This document shows, one piece after another, positions 8,406 to 14,567 of a DNA stretch of 14,567 nt. Origin of the DNA: Octopus sinensis (lineage: Eukaryota); the NCBI RefSeq assembly GCF_006345805.1, contig NW_021825781.1, forward strand, positions 1 through 14,567, written 5' to 3'. Position numbers and translations under genes: made by a program. Position 1 is the first letter of the stretch; each line of letters starts with the position of its first letter. The notes below the pieces were generated by a model that did not search any database, was not told the origin of the DNA, and saw only the letters and a list, made by a program, of their open reading frames with translations.

Positions 8406-9210
8406 CAGGGTAGGTGGAAAGTAACTAGGCATTAGAAATTGTTTATAGAATTTTAGTATCATTGAAGTCATGAGGAAAACATTTTTTAAACTGACAGCAC
8501 TAATGGAATTTCTCATTTTCTTATTGACTTATTTCTTATTTCTTATTTCCAGATGGCTGGTCGCTAGACTGTTCAGGAACGAGGTAAGATAGCAGCATGC
8601 TATGAAGTGTGGAATTCAATTGTTTTGGTTCAGAGAAGGCGGCGCGCATTGACATCTAAGCATGTAACTCTACGTCTGGAGAGAATAAGAAGTTGTCATG
8701 CAAAGTTTATGATAGCGGGCTCTGTTAACGATGCAAGAAGTTGCCGTCTGACCACATACCGATCAGCGGAGAACGAGACAATAGTGCAGGAAAAGTTTAA
8801 CCACAGCCCGCAAAAATCAACACGTCTGGCAGCTTGTAAAAGTGGACTAACAAGACACACAATACGTACGGTGTTGCATAAAGAATTGAATTTTCGTCCG
8901 TGGAAATCCCATTACGTGCAGAAGCTAAAATCTGAAGACCATGACCGCAGAAGTCCAGAAATCCAGAACTGGAGGACTTGGAGACACGGATTCAGATTTT
9001 CAATGATATAGCAGACGATGTCCTTCAGAAGATGGTTCATTCCATCCCTGGCCGTTTGTGGAAACTGGCTGACGCCGCTGGTGCTTCCGTTGAAATATGA
9101 AGATTTACTTTCATTTTTCCATGTAGTAAAGAACATATGTATCATTTGTTTCAATAAATTTGCAAAAGGAATATGGATTTTATTACCAATTTTTAATGCC
9201 TACATACTTA
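8406..9210 (+). mobile_element. Internally deleted Tc1/mariner-superfamily transposon with DUF4817-like N-terminal HTH, pseudogenised
   Basis: TA (8404-05) then left TIR CAGGGTAGGTGGAAAGTAACTAGGCATTA; eroded right TIR TAATGCCTAcATACTT (9194-9209). ORF from ATG 8553: MAGR*TVQERGKIAACYEVWNSIVLVQRR...SPQKSTRLAACKSGLTRHTIRTVLHKELNFRPWKSHYVQKLKSEDHDRR. After a frameshift at ~8950 it joins the C-terminus LEDLETRIQ..DDVLQKMVHSIPGRLWKLADAAGASVEI* (stop 9098-9100). The catalytic DDD/E region is absent. Confidence 0.85.
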
Positions 9211-9212
9211 TG

Positions 9213-9260
<48 letters not shown>

Positions 9261-9368
9261 ATAGCCCTTGAGTTACTCAGTTGCTTTTGCCAAGTATTAA
9301 TGAAAATATACATTCACTCATATTTTGAGTTATATTTTTCTAGTTTGCATCAGCATACTTGCATATAT

Positions 9369-9516
9369 AGGCGCAGGCGTGGCTGTGTGGCAAGGATCTG
9401 GCTTCCTAACCACATGGTTCTGTGTTCAATCCGGCTGGGTAAGAGTTTTCTACCATAGCTTCGGGCCGAGTTTTCTACCATAGCCTCGGTAGACGGAAAT
9501 TGAAAGAATCCCGTCA
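9369..9516 (+). mobile_element. 5' half of a diverged SINE family 1 copy
   Basis: AGGCGCAGGCGTGGCTGTGTGG..AACCACATGGTTC..GTTCAATCC..GGTAGACGGAAATTGAAAGAATCCCGTC is colinear with 5921-6084, with deletions and a 22-bp internal duplication. Confidence 0.85.
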
Positions 9517-9526
9517 TATATATCTA

Positions 9527-9566
<40 letters not shown>

Positions 9567-9569
<3 letters not shown>

Positions 9570-10237
9570 CCAGTTTTGATGTTTTTGAGCCCACTGTAGA
9601 AGTGCCCGTCGATGACGATATGTGAGGATGGGGCCCCTAGCTGGACGTCAACAAGACAGATTGAAAGATCTCAGCCGGCGGCGAATTGTCTCTGTACAAA
9701 TGGGTCTGTGCTGAGCCCCTATGGTCTACCTTGCTGATTTCGTTGCCCGCCGGAATCGGTCCTGCAAGTGATGTCGGTGCAGGTGGTCATCTTGACGTGC
9801 CGTTGTAACCCCCTGTCAGCCACTGCGTGGACGATCATCCGTGCTGTTTGTGGTATTGTATCGTTCCCTCAGCCGCTCAATTACCCGGATACTGCAGTTC
9901 AAGTCTTTAGCAATGAGCCACAGACGTTGACCAGCATGCTCTCTCTGATTTTCGTCTTAGTCTTGGCATACAAGCTGCGTTCGGGAAACGAACGACAAGC
10001 TGGTGAATTTGTGTGCCTTCTATACCCAATGAGTCAATGTTTTTCACGTGCATCATGCTTTTCATTAAGATGCGTTCGCGAAAAGTGAGCGAGTTCGAAC
10101 GCAACATGCAACATGGATCAGTGACATATTCCTGATGTCAAATTACCTAAAAACGTGAAAAAATCCATATAATTTCAATATCGTGTTTGACGCAAATAAT
10201 ATTTTACAGTGCGACGTTTCTTTTGTATTTCAGTATA
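9567..10237 (-). mobile_element. Tc1-type transposon, 5' portion (TIR, 5' UTR, DNA-binding domain), pseudogenised
   Basis: Minus strand from ATG 9969: MPRLRR / IAKDLNCSIRVIERLRERYNTTNSTDDRPRSG*QGVTTARQDDHLHRHHLQDRFRRATKSAR*TIGAQHRPICTETIRRRLRSFNLSC*RPARGPILTYRHRRALLQWAQKHQNW. This has the Tc1 paired-like HTH, the DRPRSGRP linker and the RPxxxPxLxxxHxxxRLxWA motif. Putative terminus TA|TACTGAAATACAAAAGAAACG at ~10237-10215. Confidence 0.88.
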
Positions 10238-10246
10238 CTTATGTGG

Positions 10247-10470
10247 GTGTTTGTGTCTGCGTTTGTCCTCCCAACAACCATCGCTTGACAATCGATGTTG
10301 TTATGTTTACATCCGCTTAACTTAACGGTTCGGCAGAAGAAATCGATAGAATAAGCACCAGGTTTACAAAGAGTAAGTCCATGGGTCGATTTCTGCGACT
10401 AAAAAGAGGTGCTCCAGCATAGCCGCTGTCAAATGAGCGAAACAAATAAAAGAATAAATGAATAAAAGAA
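10247..10470 (+). mobile_element. 3' half of a diverged SINE family 1 copy
   Basis: GTGTTTGTGTCTGCGTTTGTCC..GCTTGACAATCGATG..CTTAACGGTTCGGCA..GGTGCTCCAGCATAGCCGCTGTCAAATGA..(TAAAAGAA)n tail, colinear with ~6133-6345. Confidence 0.9.
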
Positions 10471-10535
10471 TATATATATGTGGATGGATGGATGGATGGA
10501 TGGATGGATGGATGGATGGATGTATATATATGTAT
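10471..10535. repeat. (GGAT)n microsatellite
   Basis: About 10 GGAT units flanked by TA/TG runs. Confidence 0.95.
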
Positions 10536-10968
10536 GTATATGCGCATATACGCCCTCTCACACGGACGAACTCACACGCATGTATACATATATTTGTGTA
10601 AATATCATATGTATATACACACAATTAATTTATGTGTCTTTCGCATGCTGTATCACTTTCACTCCATTTTTAGTGGAGGTTTTTTTTTGTTATCTTTCTT
10701 TTGGGATATTTTGTTTTTTCTTTATTTTTTTTCTATCTTCTCATCTCGCTCTCATTTAGTTGATGAGAAACATTGTCCCGATACAAATATATTTTACAGT
10801 ACTCGAAGCACTGCGTGTTTCTTTGGAAACCTATTCTTATCGCATTCGAGATCTCCACATTCGACAGTCTCATTAAGCGAACACACATCCATTTATGCAA
10901 CTGATATACGTCTTTATTGTCTACAGCATCATTATATATTTATATAATTATAAACTATATGCGTATAT

Positions 10969-10969
<1 letters not shown>

Positions 10970-11037
<68 letters not shown>

Positions 11038-11166
11038 TATACATATGTATATATATACATATATATATACATATATATACATGTATGCATGTATGTATTT
11101 GAAAATTGTGCCCCACGAATTAGCTCTTGACATATCCAACATAAAGGAAAATACGCAGAGTTACAT

Positions 11167-11198
<32 letters not shown>

Positions 11199-11460
11199 AC
11201 ATGCATATATATATATATATATTCATATATATATATCAGTGTGTGTATATATATACATATACATGTAAATATATACATATACATTATATATATATATATA
11301 TATTATATATATATATATATATATGCATGCAAACTGTTCCAGCAGTCGGTGAATATATGGCTGCAATGTAGTTATATACACATATTTGAGTACATGTATG
11401 TGTGCCTATATATGTATGTGTGCTCGAGTGGGTTTATGAATACACACACATACACACACA

Positions 11461-11530
<70 letters not shown>
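10970..11530. repeat. (TA)n, (TACA)n and (CA)n microsatellite cluster
   Basis: (TA)n ~10972-11033, mixed TA/CA 11160-11325, (CA)n ~11440-11530. Confidence 0.93.
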
Positions 11531-11532
<2 letters not shown>

Positions 11533-11953
11533 TCCATTTCATATATCTTCTTTCAATTATATATATATTTCTGCTCTCTGCAAATAAATTTTTTTACTGA
11601 TACAACTACTTACAAAAATAGGGATTAATGTATAATGCATTTCTATGTTCGTAATTAAATCAATGTTTTAATGATTAGACAGTGGTCCAATAGAATAGCT
11701 CTCATAAACAAACTACGTACAAATATGACAATCAATACGACACAGACCTTCATTCACTCACTGTATCTCTCTTTCTCACCCCCCTTTCTCTCTCACATAC
11801 ACACGCGCAAGCACGCACACATACACACACACACACGTCCATTTCGTATATCACCTTTCAATTTCAATTATAATTAATTATTATTAAATCAATGTTTTAA
11901 TAATTAGAAAGAGGTCCAATAGAATAGCTCTCAGAAACAGACTACGTACAAAT
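11527..11953 (+). repeat. Imperfect tandem duplication of two blocks
   Basis: Block 1 CACACGTCCATTTC.TATATC..CTTTCAATT at 11527-11558 and 11832-11863. Block 2, 71 bp (ATTAAATCAATGTTTTAAT..CTACGTACAAAT), at 11654-11724 and 11883-11953 with 5 mismatches. Confidence 0.92.
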
Positions 11954-12120
11954 TCGTTCTTCACAACTCCTGAAGCTGTTTTCTGACAAGGGGTGGGAGA
12001 AGTCAGGAAATGTTCATACCGCTAGAGGCTCCAATCGAAACAGGGGACCCGAAATGATGAGGTTGAGAAACGCTGTTATAGATTATGCCTAACCGAACAC
12101 GATCACAGCCACATCATCCA

Positions 12121-12154
12121 AACAGACCGGGTGAAACCGGGCTTAGCTGCTAGT
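12121..12154 (+). mobile_element. Helitron-like 3' terminus (GC hairpin then CTAG|T)
   Basis: CCGG-GTGAAA-CCGG hairpin (12127-12140), 9-nt spacer, CTAG (12150-12153) followed by T. No 5' TC end or Rep/helicase sequence identified. Confidence 0.45.
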
Positions 12155-12747
12155 ATATATATATATGTATGTATATATATACGAATGAGTGTACAAACGA
12201 AAGAGAGGCACTCAACCAATTTATTTAGAGTAACATGTATAGAACAAAAGAGTTGTTCTATACATGTCTTTGGTACTCTTGGAAAAATACGCACGTGCGC
12301 ACAAGCACGCACGCATACGCATGCATAAACATATACATGCATACACACACACATGCGTTATCATTCACGTGTACATATGTATATTCGCATGCATGTACGC
12401 ATGAATCCCAGTGTGTACATGTGCCTTTGCACGCGCGCGTGTGCGAGTATGCCCGCGCAAAAACAAGTGTTGGGGTCCGTAAAACTTTGGGGGTTGGTAA
12501 ATGGTGCAGGGGGTACAGAGTAGTAGCTGGTACTAAGGTGGTCTACCGCCATGCAGTATTTTCTAACTAAGTGTTACCCATATACTAACATCAAACCACG
12601 ACACCGCGGGACCTTCCTCGACCAATCGCCAGCCAACGTTACGGTAATAACAATCAACTTCTGTATTCAAATTCAAAATGGCAGACGACTAGCATCGCGC
12701 TTGAAACTCAAGGGTACCAGCAAATTTCAATGAAACCATGTTTCTCC

Positions 12748-12772
12748 ATATATATATATAATATGTATATGT

Positions 12773-12846
<74 letters not shown>

Positions 12847-12896
12847 TATATATATATATATATATTTATATATTTATATATATATATTATATATAT

Positions 12897-12943
<47 letters not shown>
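12748..12943. repeat. Long imperfect (TA)n tract
   Basis: Direct inspection. Confidence 0.97.
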
Positions 12944-12944
<1 letters not shown>

Positions 12945-12946
<2 letters not shown>

Positions 12947-13153
12947 ACTCCATTGTCTCCCGAGACATAAAGGATGCCAACCAATATATATAGTTAATCC
13001 CAACATGAAAACACAAAGAGAAAACCAACAGCGCGAGGACGTTCAACAAGTATAGTATTATTGGACGCTCAGGAAGAAGGAAAGAAGGAGGGTTTAACGT
13101 TTCGAGCGGAGCTCTTCGTTAGAAACATAGGAAAAGAAAGATCCAAAGAAGGC
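12945..13153 (-). mobile_element. Penelope-like element terminal-repeat remnant carrying a hammerhead motif
   Basis: Non-microsatellite island between (TA)n tracts containing the hammerhead layout at 13092-13126. The association of such motifs with Penelope-like pseudo-LTRs is established; family assignment here is inferred. Confidence 0.45.
13092..13126 (-). ncRNA. Minimal type I hammerhead ribozyme motif (G5>A variant)
   Basis: Minus strand: GTTT CTAACGA A GAGC-TCC-GCTC GAA ACGT T AAAC. Stem I is 4 bp, stem II is a perfect 4 bp, helix III is the palindrome ACGT, and the cleavage triplet is GUU. The only core mismatch is G5>A at 13120. Confidence 0.65.
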
Positions 13154-13156
13154 TAT

Positions 13157-13200
<44 letters not shown>

Positions 13201-13220
13201 ATATATAATATTATATATAT

Positions 13221-13530
13221 ACTGTTGAGAACCCCTTCTGTCATGACTGGCCATGGGATTGCGCCTAGACACTTACCCTCCCAGGCACAAATCCGGACAA
13301 GGCTGTTATGGAAGACCAGTAGTTGCCCATGCATACCAGCCTCCCCTCTCCACACCACCAGTGTTATCCAAGGGAAAGGCAAAGGCCGATATAGATTGGC
13401 ACCTGTGACGTCGCAACTCATTTCTACAGCTGAGTGAACTGGAGCAACGTGAACACAACACGCAGCCCGGTCCAGGATTCGAACCCACAACCTCACGATC
13501 GTAAGCTCGACGCTCTAACCACTGAGCCAT
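13221..13530 (-). mobile_element. tRNA-derived SINE (family 2), near full length
   Basis: A-box TGGCTCAGTGG (13529-13519) and canonical B-box GGTTCGAATCC (13485-13475) at tRNA-like spacing, followed by ~240 bp of body. The extreme 5' end is lost to (TA)n. Confidence 0.9.
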
Positions 13531-13639
13531 ATATATATATATATATATGCGTCTTTCACACGAGTATATCTTTATGATGATTTCGATATTGATTTCCTTA
13601 TATTAATAATATTAATATATTATTAAAAAATATAAGTAT

Positions 13640-13850
13640 ATATATACGTATGTATGTATCGATGGATGGATGTATGCATGTATGTATGTATATATGTAGT
13701 ATGTATATATATATATATATATAATATATTATATGTATATATATATATATATATTTTTTTTTTTGTGTGTGGTGTGTGGTGTGTGTTGCGTGCGTGTGTG
13801 TGTGTGTGTTTGTGCGTGTGTCTGTGTGTCTGTGTGTCTGTGTTTGTCTC
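13640..13850. repeat. Compound TATG/TA/T/TG microsatellite
   Basis: Direct inspection. Confidence 0.93.
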
Positions 13851-13862
13851 CCAAACACTTAG

Positions 13863-14036
13863 AATACTTAGCGGCATTTCGCCCGTCCTTACGTTCTGAG
13901 TGCAAATTCCGCCGAGATCGACTTTGCGTTTCATCCTTTCGACTTCGATAAAATACGTACCAGTTGCATACTGGGGTCAAATAATCGACTTACCCGCTTC
14001 GCTGAAAGTGACAGGACTTGCGCCAATATTTGAACC
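13863..14036 (+). mobile_element. 5'-truncated tRNA-derived SINE (family 3)
   Basis: CTTAGCGG.ATTTCG..degenerate B-box GAGTGCAAATTCC (13898-13910), central GCCGAG.TCGACTTTGC.TTTCATCCTTTCG..CGATAAAATA.GTACCAGT..CTGGGGTC domain, and 3' CTTG.GCCAA.ATTTGAACC. Matches a remembered abundant Octopus SINE. Confidence 0.8.
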
Positions 14037-14046
14037 GTTTGTTTTA

Positions 14047-14131
14047 TCGTCGTCATCATCATCATCATCCTATTCATTCTTCATCATATTATCATTCTTG
14101 TTTTCATAATCATTTCCATATTTTCGTCGGG

Positions 14132-14167
<36 letters not shown>

Positions 14168-14230
14168 GTTACCACTACCACCACCATCACCACCACCACC
14201 AGCAGCAGCAGCAGAAGTGGTAGTAGGAGT
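14047..14230. repeat. Compound trinucleotide tract (ATC)n-(ACC)n-(AGC)n-(AGT)
   Basis: Direct inspection. Confidence 0.92.
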
Positions 14231-14309
14231 AAAGTGATCATTATTTTATATTAATACCGAAATTGCAACGTTTTGCAAAATATTACATCCACCTCATGAA
14301 TAACTTTAA

Positions 14310-14370
14310 ACTCTTTCTATTCTTTCTTCCTCTCCTTCTTTCTTTCTTTCTTTCTTTCATTCATTCTCTC
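14310..14370. repeat. (TTTC)n/(TTCA) pyrimidine tract
   Basis: Direct inspection. Confidence 0.85.
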
Positions 14371-14567
14371 ACCCCATCTTCACTTGCATGTATTTTTCCC
14401 TTCACCCTTCCCTGTCCTATCGACCTCCTTCTATAAGAAAAATTGTAGCAAACAACCGCAAACAATGATTTAACAATGATCTTTAATGGAGACATTAAAA
14501 CTGATTGTTATTACCATCTTAAATGTTAAGTATTTTTATTGCAAATATATGTATAGTATTCATGTAC

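Noticed and set aside
11980-12060. CTGACAA GGG...CCC GAAA hammerhead-like spacing
   Set aside because: G8 is missing without compensation, loop II would be ~55 nt, and there is no helix III or stem I.
13460-13530. tRNA gene
   Set aside because: It has A and B boxes, but the acceptor and anticodon stems do not pair and it continues into a SINE body. It is a SINE head.

Overview
Repeat-dense, AT-rich eukaryotic non-coding DNA (intronic or intergenic). The SINE and LINE families look like those of Octopus (recognised from memory, not by database search). I see no intact host gene; nearly all listed ORFs are translations of microsatellites. The window is a mosaic of decayed mobile elements: an RLE-type (R4/NeSL-like) LINE 3' fragment, a CR1/L2-group LINE 3' fragment, three distinct Tc1/mariner-superfamily relics that all lack a complete catalytic domain, and at least three tRNA-derived SINE families. 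One SINE is full length with a 9-bp TSD, and another is apparently split by a Tc1 insertion. There is also a Helitron-like 3' end and many simple repeats. The least obvious signal is four dispersed motifs matching the minimal type I hammerhead ribozyme layout known from Penelope-like elements and retrozymes. Each has a different palindromic helix III and each carries core substitutions. One sits inside an unusual inverted-plus-direct repeat arrangement (6850-7332). Several perfect hairpins and microhomology junctions suggest template-switch mutagenesis.
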